A stretch of 64,000 nt of DNA from a virus (Duplodnaviria > Heunggongvirae > Uroviricota > Caudoviricetes). The translations under genes and the position numbers were made by a program. Positions 8,836 through 17,937 of the stretch are shown one piece after another; the first letter of the stretch is position 1, and the number at the start of each line of letters is the position of its first letter. The notes under the pieces are model-generated. The model had not been told where the DNA came from, made no database searches, and worked only from the letters and a program-made list of their open reading frames with translations. Location of the stretch: IMG/VR virus record IMGVR_UViG_3300021963_000036; one strand, 5' to 3'.

Positions 8836-9960
8836 ATGCACTACAAGTTTCCTGAAATTCGCACGATCTATGATGTGTTGCTTGCGATCGAAGGTCGCCC
8901 AGAGTTCATCGTTGCCGAGCGCGACTTTGGCAAAGTGATCAACTACATGGTCTCGATGCCAGACACTTTCAAGATGGAAGGTCCTGACGACGTGATGGGT
9001 GCTATTCGTCGTGAGTGTCGAGGCTTGATCTTCGACGATGAAGGCAACATCATGTCTCGCCCGTATCACAAGTTCTTCAACGTGAACGAGAAAGAAGAGA
9101 CTCAGTCGCATCTTCTCGACTTGACTCGTGCTCACTCTGTGATGGATAAGTTGGATGGTTCTATGATCCGTCCGATCTGGATGCATGACACGGTTCGTCT
9201 TGCTACGAAGATGGGTGTGACTGACATTGCGATCGAAGCTGAGAAGCTGCTGGATTATGATCAGTGGACGTGGCTTGAAGATATGATGGTCGACAGTCTG
9301 ACTCCGATCTTCGAATACGTTGCTCCGACGAACAAGATCGTTGTTGAGTATGCTGAAGAAAAGCTAATCTTGACCGGTGTTCGCGAAAACGTTAGCGGTG
9401 AATATCGTAGCTTGCGCCAGTGGAATGCACCGTTTGAAATCGTTCGCACTGACTCGAATGTTCATGACTTCGATGCTTATCTTACTTTCAAGCGCGGTGA
9501 AACGAACCGTGAAGGTGACATCATCCGCTTTGCTGATGGACATATGATCAAGATCAAGAACGACTGGTACGTGCAAATCCACAAGACCAAGGACGTCGTT
9601 CGTGTTGATCGCAACATCGTTGAACTCGTACTAAACGAGACGATCGACGATACTCGCGCCGTACTTGATCCTTCGGACTTGGTTCGAGTCGATGAAGTCG
9701 AAGCTAACTTTTGGAAAGCTTTCGAGAATGTTGTTGGTCGATTGGAAGGGCTGGAACTCTTGGCTCGCACTATCTACGGTGCCGACAAGAAACGTATCGC
9801 TTTGGAAATGGCTCCGAACTTGATTAACAAACAGGATGCCGGTTTCATGTTCAAACTGATCGACGGTCATGACGTTCGTGAACTGTTGCTGACCCATTGT
9901 AAGAAGAACATCGGTTCGACTCCGAAGTATGATGAACTGATGGAATGGATGAAAGCATGA
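8836..9960 (+). CDS. rnlA: RNA ligase 1 (T4 Rnl1/gp63-like)
   Basis: HKFFNVNE (T4 Rnl1 has EKFFNLNE) and motif I MDKLDGSM; length matches T4 Rnl1. Confidence 0.8.
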   Translation: MHYKFPEIRTIYDVLLAIEGRPEFIVAERDFGKVINYMVSMPDTFKMEGPDDVMGAIRRECRGLIFDDEGNIMSRPYHKFFNVNEKEETQSHLLDLTRAHSVMDKLDGSMIRPIWMHDTVRLATKMGVTDIAIEAEKLLDYDQWTWLEDMMVDSLTPIFEYVAPTNKIVVEYAEEKLILTGVRENVSGEYRSLRQWNAPFEIVRTDSNVHDFDAYLTFKRGETNREGDIIRFADGHMIKIKNDWYVQIHKTKDVVRVDRNIVELVLNETIDDTRAVLDPSDLVRVDEVEANFWKAFENVVGRLEGLELLARTIYGADKKRIALEMAPNLINKQDAGFMFKLIDGHDVRELLLTHCKKNIGSTPKYDELMEWMKA

Positions 9961-10280
9961 CATCGGAAACTGAACTAAACTACTACGAAGAGCTTTGCAG
10001 ACTTAAGGTCCAATACAAAGCTCTTCGTGAAGAATACTTCTTGGTGTCAGCTTCTTCGCGCTTTCATGACATTGAAGAAGGAGACTTTTGTCCGGAGTGC
10101 AATGGTTCTGGCTACAAGTTGTATGGTTCTACCGCAACTTGGAGAGGTGGCATCGGCGGACAAGCTATGACTACTTCAGTATGTGATAAATGTTGGGGTT
10201 CTGGCTCTAAGTCGGCTCCTTGGCCATCATGGAGAGAATACGAAGCTCTAAAAGAAAGGTTGACAAATGACTCCGTTTAG
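9957..10280 (+). CDS. zinc-ribbon protein
   Basis: CPECNGSGYK ... CDKCWGSGSK paired CxxC motifs. Confidence 0.45.
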   Translation: MTSETELNYYEELCRLKVQYKALREEYFLVSASSRFHDIEEGDFCPECNGSGYKLYGSTATWRGGIGGQAMTTSVCDKCWGSGSKSAPWPSWREYEALKERLTNDSV

Positions 10281-10461
10281 AGTAGATTTTGATCAAGTAA
10301 ATTACATGAAATTTCGTCCAGGAACCAAACTTGTGCTTGGACCAGAAATTGCTATAGTGATGGCTTCGTGCAATAAAATTCCGCGCGTGTTCAAGCCTAT
10401 TGTTGATTTGTCAAAAATGATGCATCACCCTGAAGTCGAAGCACTTCTGTTTGGAGTATGA
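10267..10461 (+). CDS. hypothetical protein
   Basis: 64-aa ORF overlapping the upstream stop. Confidence 0.3.
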   Translation: MTPFRVDFDQVNYMKFRPGTKLVLGPEIAIVMASCNKIPRVFKPIVDLSKMMHHPEVEALLFGV

Positions 10462-10723
10462 CATGAAAGTACGTGAAGCGTTTCCCGGATTTACTACGCT
10501 GTTCAAGCACTGCCGTCCAGCCGCTGGTGATGCGGTTGTATATGAAGTCGATGCTGGAGCACCAGCCGATCCAAACCTTGTTATGAAAGCATCTTGCTTT
10601 GATGATGAGAAACCCGTTGGTGAAACGTTCGAGTTCATTATCTCTAAGGAATGGGTTCTTGAAAACATTGTAAGTATCCTAGCTGCGTACGAACCAGTTG
10701 ACAATGTAGCAAGTTCGGTATAA
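10451..10723 (+). CDS. hypothetical protein
   Basis: 90-aa ORF. Confidence 0.35.
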   Translation: MEYDMKVREAFPGFTTLFKHCRPAAGDAVVYEVDAGAPADPNLVMKASCFDDEKPVGETFEFIISKEWVLENIVSILAAYEPVDNVASSV

Positions 10724-10748
10724 TATCCGATTGAAATAGGAGATAAGA

Positions 10749-11870
10749 ATGTTCGAACGTAAACTAGCGTCTATTCGGCGCATCGCTGACATCCAACCGA
10801 TCGAAGGCGCTGATCAAATTGTAGTCGCCACCATCGATGGCTGGAAAGTTGTTGTTAAAAAAGATGAGTTTCGAGTTGGTGATCTTGCAGCATATCTTGA
10901 GATCGACTCGTGGGTTCCTCATGAACTCGCCCCATTCCTCTCGAAAGGTCAAGATCCTCGCGAATACAACGGTGTGAAAGGTGAACGCCTGCGCACTATC
11001 AAACTTCGCGGACAGGTTAGTCAAGGGCTGCTGCTTCCACTTCGGCCAGTGTTTGCAGAGTGGACTGATGAGAATTTTCAAAAGAATATTCTTGAAGATG
11101 AGGAACGTGTCGGCGACGATCTTACTGAAGCACTTGGCATCCAGAAATGGGAAGCTGTGCTGCCTGCACAACTTCAAGGTCAGGCCAAAGGCACGTTCCC
11201 AACGTCACTGATTCCAAAGACTGATCAAGAGCGTATTCAAAACTGCTTTGGTGAAATCCAAAAGCGGGCAAAGCGGTTCGCTACTGAGAAGGTCTGGAAT
11301 GCTGAGACTCAGACTCTGGAAGAGCATCCAGTTGTTGTTCCTACTGACTTCAAAGAACAGACCTACGAAGTCACCATGAAACTGGATGGTTCGAGTTGTA
11401 CTATCTTCCGCTGGGAAGACGAACTTCGTGTTTGCAGTCGGAACCTTGAGCTCAAGATCAACGATGAAAACAAAGACAACACCTTCGTTGCCATGGCTCT
11501 CAAGATCGGCGACCGTGTTCCTAATGGGTTTGCTTTTCAAGGTGAAGTGATGGGACCTGGCATTCAGGCCAACCGTGAAGGATTTATTGAACATAAGTTC
11601 TTCGTGTTTGATGTGTTCCTCATTAAAGAACATAAGTATGCCGGTCCAGCCTACCGGCGAGCGTTTTGCCAAGAATACGGATTCGAACACGTTCCAGTTC
11701 TTGAGCATAATCTCAAGGCACCCGTGAGCGTCGCAGAAGGTCTTGCTATGGCAGAAGGTCCGAGCATCAACCACAAGATCCGTGAAGGTCTTGTTTGGAA
11801 GTGCAACGAAGACCCGAGCTTCAGCTTCAAGACGATCAGCAATCAGTTCCTGCTGAAAGGTGGGGACTGA
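10749..11870 (+). CDS. second ATP-dependent RNA ligase, Rnl5/DraRnl-like, with an N-terminal OB/tRNA-binding-like domain
   Basis: Motif I MKLDGSSCTIF at residue ~211; the N-terminal 100 aa (IRRIADIQPIEGADQIVVATIDGWKVVVKKDEFRVGDLAAY) follows the Trbp111/CsaA OB-fold pattern. Confidence 0.55.
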   Translation: MFERKLASIRRIADIQPIEGADQIVVATIDGWKVVVKKDEFRVGDLAAYLEIDSWVPHELAPFLSKGQDPREYNGVKGERLRTIKLRGQVSQGLLLPLRPVFAEWTDENFQKNILEDEERVGDDLTEALGIQKWEAVLPAQLQGQAKGTFPTSLIPKTDQERIQNCFGEIQKRAKRFATEKVWNAETQTLEEHPVVVPTDFKEQTYEVTMKLDGSSCTIFRWEDELRVCSRNLELKINDENKDNTFVAMALKIGDRVPNGFAFQGEVMGPGIQANREGFIEHKFFVFDVFLIKEHKYAGPAYRRAFCQEYGFEHVPVLEHNLKAPVSVAEGLAMAEGPSINHKIREGLVWKCNEDPSFSFKTISNQFLLKGGD

Positions 11871-12175
11871 TGTGTAACTGCAAAGGATGGGACGTTGCGT
11901 TCTTCCAAGATGATGAGATCACGGTAGTACAGCACTTTTGTCGAGTGTATGGAGACTGTGGTCACGTCGATAACACCCTTGAAGAGGCTGCAGATCAAGT
12001 CGCCTCTGAATACGACAAGAACTATGATTGGTACTGTGATGCGAGAAATCGTGACATAGTAGAAGTCACAGACGAGAAACTCGATTGGTTGCTTGCTCAA
12101 GCGAAGTCTTGGAAAGATCGTACACATACGAGCTATTTGTACTACGCAATTGGCGAAAATATTGGCCTTTTGTGA
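11870..12175 (+). CDS. hypothetical Cys-rich protein
   Basis: ATG overlaps the upstream stop (TGATG); MCNCKGWD... frame. Confidence 0.35.
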   Translation: MCNCKGWDVAFFQDDEITVVQHFCRVYGDCGHVDNTLEEAADQVASEYDKNYDWYCDARNRDIVEVTDEKLDWLLAQAKSWKDRTHTSYLYYAIGENIGLL

Positions 12176-12237
12176 AAAAGGCTATTTACATCCTTTGTGA
12201 ATAGGGTTATACTATATTCATAGCCAAGGAGATAAAC

Positions 12238-12771
12238 ATGACTGTCAATGCTTCCGATCGTAACGGCCTCGAGCTTACCCCCGCTGCAGACACCTTGAAC
12301 GCCTACCGCTTGACTGCGGTAAACACCAAGACCAAGAAGTTCACAGCTTACGCAGCCGGTACTCGTAAATCGAACCAAGAGTTCAATATGTTCACGATCG
12401 GCTTATATGACGATCCTCGCGACGCTGCTTATGTTGCTCAAGAGTTCGAAAAGAAAGTCAGCAAATCTCAAGTTCGTGAGATGGTTACCGACAGTACTTT
12501 CGCTGAGTTTGCTAAAGACTTCCGGTCGAACATCGAAATCCCTGAGTGGGTCTACCCTGCTGAAGGTATGACGATCGACGAGATGCTGAACACCACCTAC
12601 AAACGCAACTATGTTCTCGATGCCCGTGAAGCTCTGGTTGAAGCGATCAACGTCTTCAAAAAGCCGGTTCCTTCTCTGAAAGATGCTGCAGCGATGATCA
12701 AGAAAGTTGAAGCTGCGGTGAAAGAAGGTATGACCCTCCGTGCAGCTGCGGCGAAAGTGATCGGCGCCTAA
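12238..12771 (+). CDS. hypothetical protein
   Basis: 177-aa ORF with AAGGAG RBS after a TTTACA-17-TATACT promoter (12185-12213). Confidence 0.45.
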   Translation: MTVNASDRNGLELTPAADTLNAYRLTAVNTKTKKFTAYAAGTRKSNQEFNMFTIGLYDDPRDAAYVAQEFEKKVSKSQVREMVTDSTFAEFAKDFRSNIEIPEWVYPAEGMTIDEMLNTTYKRNYVLDAREALVEAINVFKKPVPSLKDAAAMIKKVEAAVKEGMTLRAAAAKVIGA

Positions 12772-12808
12772 GCAAAACATAAATAGTAAGCAATATCATG
12801 GAGGAACC

Positions 12809-13567
12809 ATGCGCTTACTATTCATTCTTGCCCTCATCCCAACGTTTGCTTATGCAAATCCAATAGACGACAAATGCCCAGAGCACACCGCTCTGGGTGC
12901 TCCTATATCTAAGCTAGTTGAAGATACACAGTATGTATGTCATACCAACTATGCAATTCACTATCGCTTTGATACTAAGACTGCTGAATACGTAGTCGAG
13001 CATCTAGACGATGCTGACATCAATGGTCCAGCAAAGCGAAAAGACGACTTCAGACCAGACGATCAAATTCCAGCTGAGCATTCAGCAACGCTTGAAGATT
13101 ACTCTGGCGAACCATACGATCGTGGGCATCTAGTCCCAGGCGCAGACAATAAAGCAGATCAAGAGATCATGAGTGAAAGCTTCTTTCTTTCAAACATGGT
13201 TCCTCAAGTGCCAAACAACAACCGCGGTATCTGGAGAATGCTTGAGCTCAAAGTACGTAACTGGGCTCTTGAAAAGAGAGACCTCTATGTGGTCTCTGGT
13301 ACGATCTATGAAGAAGGATACAAGACCATCGGTGATGGTAAAGTTGGTGTCCCTACGTACCTCTGGAAGGTTGTGTATGATAAGACTACCAACACAACCG
13401 TGGCATACCTCATGCCGAACGCTGAGCTTCCAGTGAATGATCTACCAAAGTACGTAACCACAGTAGACCAAGTTGAAGAACTTACTGGTCTGAATATCTT
13501 CCCACAGCTTGAAGAATCTGCAGAAGGCGTTGCAAATCCTGAAGTATGGACCAACATTTCTGATTGA
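12809..13567 (+). CDS. secreted DNA/RNA non-specific endonuclease (Serratia NucA family)
   Basis: N-terminal signal peptide MRLLFILALIPTFAYA; active-site DRGHLVP and Mg-site FFLSNMVPQ motifs. Confidence 0.8.
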   Translation: MRLLFILALIPTFAYANPIDDKCPEHTALGAPISKLVEDTQYVCHTNYAIHYRFDTKTAEYVVEHLDDADINGPAKRKDDFRPDDQIPAEHSATLEDYSGEPYDRGHLVPGADNKADQEIMSESFFLSNMVPQVPNNNRGIWRMLELKVRNWALEKRDLYVVSGTIYEEGYKTIGDGKVGVPTYLWKVVYDKTTNTTVAYLMPNAELPVNDLPKYVTTVDQVEELTGLNIFPQLEESAEGVANPEVWTNISD

Positions 13568-13616
13568 CATTTTTCCTTCTGTGGTGTAGAGTTGAACCAT
13601 AGAAGGAGATTACACA

Positions 13617-14072
13617 ATGAAAAAAGGCGAACTCCTGAGCAAGATGCTCCATATCGCTACTAATGCCCACCACGGCCAGTTTGATCGTGGTGGCAATCCC
13701 TACATCCTGCATCCGATCAAAGTGATGCACTACATCAAATCCGAAGACGAAGAGCTGCAGTGTATCGCACTTGGCCATGACGTAATCGAAGATACAGATG
13801 TGACCTTCCTCGATCTTGTCGATGCTGGAATGACCACTCGAGTTATTGAGGGTATCCGAGCTCTGACAAAGATGCCGGGGCAAACCTACGATGAATACAA
13901 AGAAGGCGTCTTCAAGAATGTTGATGCCATGAAAGTCAAGTTGGCGGATCTTCGCCATAATACAGACGTGCGCCGGCTGAAAGGTGTCTCTGAAAAAGAC
14001 ATCGCCCGCATGGAAAAGTACCATCGTTTCTACCTTGAAATCAACTTCCGCTTGAAGGAACTCGAAAAATGA
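13617..14072 (+). CDS. HD-domain (p)ppGpp hydrolase (small alarmone hydrolase, Mesh1/SpoT-like)
   Basis: HGQFDRGGNPYILHP ... LGHDVIEDT motifs; 151 aa. Confidence 0.75.
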   Translation: MKKGELLSKMLHIATNAHHGQFDRGGNPYILHPIKVMHYIKSEDEELQCIALGHDVIEDTDVTFLDLVDAGMTTRVIEGIRALTKMPGQTYDEYKEGVFKNVDAMKVKLADLRHNTDVRRLKGVSEKDIARMEKYHRFYLEINFRLKELEK

Positions 14073-14485
14073 AACCGTTTAAGATCAACCGTAGCTCTTG
14101 GCACTACAAACTGAACCAGCACTTCTTTAACATGGAAGGAAGTAGCGAATATTGGATGCAACGGGACTGGGAACCGAAGCACAACACCTTCTGTTCATAT
14201 TGGCGCGCAACGATGTTTCGCTTCATTTTTGCGTCTGCACTCATGGCCTTTTTTGGTACGCTTTTCACTGCTCTTGGAGTAGCAACTTATCAAGACCCGT
14301 TTGCGGCACTCATCACGTTCCTTTCGATCGCCACTGTTTTTGGTTCGGTTATCGGTTCTTTCGCGATCTTTCAATACTTCAAAAATCGTAGCGAAAAGAA
14401 CAGCAATGAACCTAAGTCGCTGTTCGTTCAGAAATACCGTGCATACAAATCGAAAGTATGCCCAATGGTGGAATTCGAAAAATGA
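14069..14485 (+). CDS. membrane protein
   Basis: two or three predicted TM helices (FIFASALMAFFGTLFTALGV..., ALITFLSIATVFGSVIGSFAIF). Confidence 0.45.
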   Translation: MKPFKINRSSWHYKLNQHFFNMEGSSEYWMQRDWEPKHNTFCSYWRATMFRFIFASALMAFFGTLFTALGVATYQDPFAALITFLSIATVFGSVIGSFAIFQYFKNRSEKNSNEPKSLFVQKYRAYKSKVCPMVEFEK

Positions 14486-15126
14486 AAACTCGTCTGATCG
14501 GAGACATTCACGGTGAATGGGAACTCTATCATCAAACCGCAACTGATGCGATCAATTCCGGATGCGAACGCACGATCCAAGTTGGTGACTTCGGTGTTGG
14601 ATTCTCTGGTCCATATTGGCACGACCGCGCTGACGAATTTCACTGGGACCGAACGCATCGCTTCATCCGTGGCAATCATGATGATCCATCACGTTGCAAG
14701 AAAATGTCTGGCTGGATTCAAGATGGCCTTATCGAAAATGACGTGATGTTCATCGGTGGTGCATGGTCAATCGACCATATGCTACGCACTGAAGGAACTT
14801 CTTGGTGGGCTGATGAAGAACTATCGATGGAAGAACTCTATCGCATGATCGAGATCTATGAGCAGGTCAAGCCTCGAGTTATGATCACTCATGACTGTCC
14901 GCAAGAAGTAAGCACAGCGATGTTCATTCAAACCGGTCTTGCTTTGTTCAAAGGGAATGCTAAGACTATTCCTACTCGAACTGCAATGGCATTCAGCACG
15001 ATGCTTGATATTCACCAGCCCGATGAGTGGTATTTCGGACATTGGCATAACACAATGCAATACAAACATGGGCGTACGATGTTCCAGTGTCTTGGTATTC
15101 ATGATTATGTGGACGTAGAACTATGA
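14482..15126 (+). CDS. Ser/Thr-phosphatase-like metallophosphoesterase (lambda-PPase fold)
   Basis: GDIHGEW, VGDFG and RGNHDD motifs; start taken at MKTRLIGDIHG. Confidence 0.7.
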   Translation: MKTRLIGDIHGEWELYHQTATDAINSGCERTIQVGDFGVGFSGPYWHDRADEFHWDRTHRFIRGNHDDPSRCKKMSGWIQDGLIENDVMFIGGAWSIDHMLRTEGTSWWADEELSMEELYRMIEIYEQVKPRVMITHDCPQEVSTAMFIQTGLALFKGNAKTIPTRTAMAFSTMLDIHQPDEWYFGHWHNTMQYKHGRTMFQCLGIHDYVDVEL

Positions 15127-15332
15127 CCGAATATAATCCATTCACTGAGTGTGAAGCAATGAGTTCTGAACATGGTACCGGATGGTCGGTTGTTTCAAAA
15201 TATTGGAGCATCCCATGCGCAAATGAAGGTACAGCCAAACGTATTGCCGAGATTATTAAATTTGCTTATCACCGCGGTGTATCTGATAATCAAAACATGA
15301 TAAAAAAGGTAATGGGAATTCCGTATGAATGA
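15123..15332 (+). CDS. hypothetical protein
   Basis: 69-aa ORF coupled to its neighbours. Confidence 0.35.
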   Translation: MTEYNPFTECEAMSSEHGTGWSVVSKYWSIPCANEGTAKRIAEIIKFAYHRGVSDNQNMIKKVMGIPYE

Positions 15333-15651
15333 ATATAGACCAGATAATTGGGTAGTGATCAAAATCAAAGGCGATGACCCTCACTACAAAGTTCTTGCTG
15401 GCTGGTCTGGTGGATATACTACAGGTGATTCGTGGCGTATGAACAGCGGCATCACTATGGTTGACGAGATCGAGAATGCGTTTATGTTCAAGGGGTCTAC
15501 TGGTTCAGTGTACACATGTCGTAAGGAAAGTTATTGCTTGCGCATGAACAATGCACACGTCTGGGCTCGGCTTCAAGAGCTTCATGGTGACAAAGTCGAA
15601 CTCATGCCAGAAGATACCGACTGGATGAACATTGATTGGATCATTAAATGA
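15325..15651 (+). CDS. hypothetical protein
   Basis: 108-aa ORF. Confidence 0.4.
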   Translation: MNEYRPDNWVVIKIKGDDPHYKVLAGWSGGYTTGDSWRMNSGITMVDEIENAFMFKGSTGSVYTCRKESYCLRMNNAHVWARLQELHGDKVELMPEDTDWMNIDWIIK

Positions 15652-16121
15652 TTGACCTGTCCACTTTTGATAAAGGTGGCTTTGGAAAAGTCGACCACTC
15701 TCTTGTGAATAACTGGACTTGGGATTCACTTGGCGAGATGGTTAAACATATCGCACAAAACGATATCCGCCGATACTCCCCACTTGGAGACGGCGGATTC
15801 GCTTGTTGGGGTTGTGAACCTTGGTTCAAAGAGGTGTTGGACTTTCTTCAGCCTCTTAAGCCGGAGTACCAACCTCGTGCCGCAGCATATTGTAGCACAA
15901 GCGATACTTCTAAGTCCTTTGATCTTCATCGTGATCATGAGCAGTATATCTGGGTTTGGCAAATCATTGGGTCGACTCCTTGGCAGGTAGAGGATACTGA
16001 GTTTGTACTCGAAACAAATGAGTTGCTCTATGTTAGTCCTAACATGCTACACTGCGCCAAACCAAACTCACCGCGTGCAAGCATCACATTTTCTCTCGAA
16101 AAAGAGCATTTTTATGGTTGA
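15648..16121 (+). CDS. hypothetical protein (possible cupin-like fold)
   Basis: 157-aa ORF; His-rich LHRDHEQYIWVW segment. Confidence 0.35.
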   Translation: MIDLSTFDKGGFGKVDHSLVNNWTWDSLGEMVKHIAQNDIRRYSPLGDGGFACWGCEPWFKEVLDFLQPLKPEYQPRAAAYCSTSDTSKSFDLHRDHEQYIWVWQIIGSTPWQVEDTEFVLETNELLYVSPNMLHCAKPNSPRASITFSLEKEHFYG

Positions 16122-16146
16122 CATTACTTTCGTGATGTAATAGTAT
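16118..16146 (+). promoter_or_regulatory. sigma70-type promoter (TTGACA-17-TAGTAT)
   Basis: ttgaca at 16118-16123, tagtat at 16141-16146. Confidence 0.45.
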
Positions 16147-16189
16147 GTACACATAGGCAATAGGAATCATAACGGTCAAGGAGGACCAT

Positions 16190-16417
16190 ATGAATAATGT
16201 GCCGGTGAGCCAAGTTGAAAGTTGGCTCGGTAAACGCCGAATGGCTAAGGTCGGAAAGATCTGGTCTGAAGGCAATGGTGTCATGGTTATCCTGAAAGAA
16301 GGATTAACGAATGACAAATGGGATACCAACGGTATCTTCATATCACACGAGGAGACGATCTCCGACCAAAAGGCGGAACTCCTCCAGTTCTTCGAAGATA
16401 TTGTAGAGGATACATAA
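16190..16417 (+). CDS. hypothetical protein
   Basis: 75-aa ORF with AAGGAGG RBS. Confidence 0.35.
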   Translation: MNNVPVSQVESWLGKRRMAKVGKIWSEGNGVMVILKEGLTNDKWDTNGIFISHEETISDQKAELLQFFEDIVEDT

Positions 16418-16818
16418 TGACTCCAACTCTCTATTGCCTCATGCGTGAGGATCTACAAGACCTGAATCCAGGCAAAGGCATGGCTCAAGCCATGCATGCT
16501 CAAGCTGACTTCGATGAATGGGTCACGAAGAACAAAAACAGCGGACATATTCCATTCATCAAAGAATGGAAAGAAGATCGATCATTTGGTCGAACTCTTG
16601 TTCTTGAAGCTTCGTTTGATCAGATTAGCAATATCATAGCGATTGCGATGTGCACTGCAGAACCTGCAGATGTAACGGTCGACCCAACTTATCCTTGGCG
16701 AAACTATTACGGCAAGTTGTTTGTGACGTCAGAAGTCACCTGCGCATGGGTATTCGCCTGCGACATCACCCCGCAAAACGTTCTCGATGAACTACGTAAA
16801 CTCTCTCTTCATAAGTAA
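16418..16818 (+). CDS. putative peptidyl-tRNA hydrolase, PTH2-like
   Basis: NPGKGMAQAMHAQ resembles the PTH2 GKG..AQ..HA core; assignment is tentative. Confidence 0.35.
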
Positions 16819-16828
16819 GGAATATACA

Positions 16829-17137
16829 ATGAAAACTGTTCTACTTGGCACTGCAGCAATCGTCGGTCTCGGTCTATTGACTTGGGGCGGAATTTACGTG
16901 AATGGCTTCTTTGATGCAGCGCGTGAAGCACAGCGCACGAAAGTGTTTCAAGAATCGCAAGCGCATACCGATGGTATGAAACTGCAACTGAACAATCTCT
17001 ACATGGAATATCAGAAAGCAGACACCGCTGGTAAGATTGGCATTGCGAATGCTACTCGTGACATCTTCGCATCGGTTGACACCACTGATTACCCGAAGCA
17101 CCTTCAGAATTTTCTCATGGAAGTACAGGCTCGATAA
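16829..17137 (+). CDS. membrane-anchored protein
   Basis: N-terminal TM helix MKTVLLGTAAIVGLGLLTWGGIY; AAGGA RBS. Confidence 0.4.
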   Translation: MKTVLLGTAAIVGLGLLTWGGIYVNGFFDAAREAQRTKVFQESQAHTDGMKLQLNNLYMEYQKADTAGKIGIANATRDIFASVDTTDYPKHLQNFLMEVQAR

Positions 17138-17668
17138 ATGAAAAAGATCCTTCTCGCAACTACTCTTGCACTGATGACTGCAACCACTGCAAATGCTGGT
17201 TGGTTCGATGAACCGGCTCCGTCCAGTGATGAAGCTGTGTCCGATCAAATGGAAAAACTCCTGAAAGAAGGTGAGCGCCAAACTGGTCTGCCGGCTATCA
17301 CCAACTTCACTGAAAAGCGCATGGTCAAATGGTTGTACGAACTTCGTGATCAACCCAATTATCGTACTTACACTTACATCACCACCATGAACGGTGCGCT
17401 GGTCAAGATCTGTGATAGTGTTGGTTATGGTATCAGCGCTTCGATTCAGTACAGCAATCCTGATAAAGTCGTCGACTACGAAGATTACCTAGGCACTGGT
17501 TATGTTGACGCGAACCTTGGTACTCTGCCTCAAGCAGAACCGAATGGTCTGTTTATGCCTGAAGGTCTCGCGGCAACTTACGTGATGTGCGTGGTTCCTG
17601 GGAAAGACGAAGTTCAAGCAGTTTATATTGAACCTGAAATCATTGTTTCGCCATTTCCCTTGAATTAA
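17138..17668 (+). CDS. secreted protein
   Basis: Signal peptide MKKILLATTLALMTATTANA. Confidence 0.45.
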   Translation: MKKILLATTLALMTATTANAGWFDEPAPSSDEAVSDQMEKLLKEGERQTGLPAITNFTEKRMVKWLYELRDQPNYRTYTYITTMNGALVKICDSVGYGISASIQYSNPDKVVDYEDYLGTGYVDANLGTLPQAEPNGLFMPEGLAATYVMCVVPGKDEVQAVYIEPEIIVSPFPLN

Positions 17669-17672
17669 GTGG

Positions 17673-17701
17673 TTGACACTTAGAAAGAATGATGATATTC
17701 T
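17673..17701 (+). promoter_or_regulatory. sigma70-type promoter (TTGACA-17-TATTCT)
   Basis: ttgaca at 17673-17678. Confidence 0.4.
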
Positions 17702-17725
17702 ATTCATGTAAGCAAGGAGCTACTC

Positions 17726-17926
17726 ATGAAAAAGATCGTCATTCTCTCTGTTCTTCTTCTTTCTGCTTGTGCTAGTGCTGGCATTCCGATCGAACAAGAT
17801 CGTGAAATGCAGTTGCAGTACATGCAAGATGTTTCTGAGCGTAAAGTGTTTCGACCTGAAGTGTATGCTGAACCAGAGTTCGAAGCAGACTGTGAAGAAT
17901 ATCAAATGGAAGAATGCTTCAATTAA
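17726..17926 (+). CDS. small lipoprotein
   Basis: MKKIVILSVLLLSAC lipobox-type signal peptide. Confidence 0.45.
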   Translation: MKKIVILSVLLLSACASAGIPIEQDREMQLQYMQDVSERKVFRPEVYAEPEFEADCEEYQMEECFN

Positions 17927-17937
17927 GGAATAAAAAT

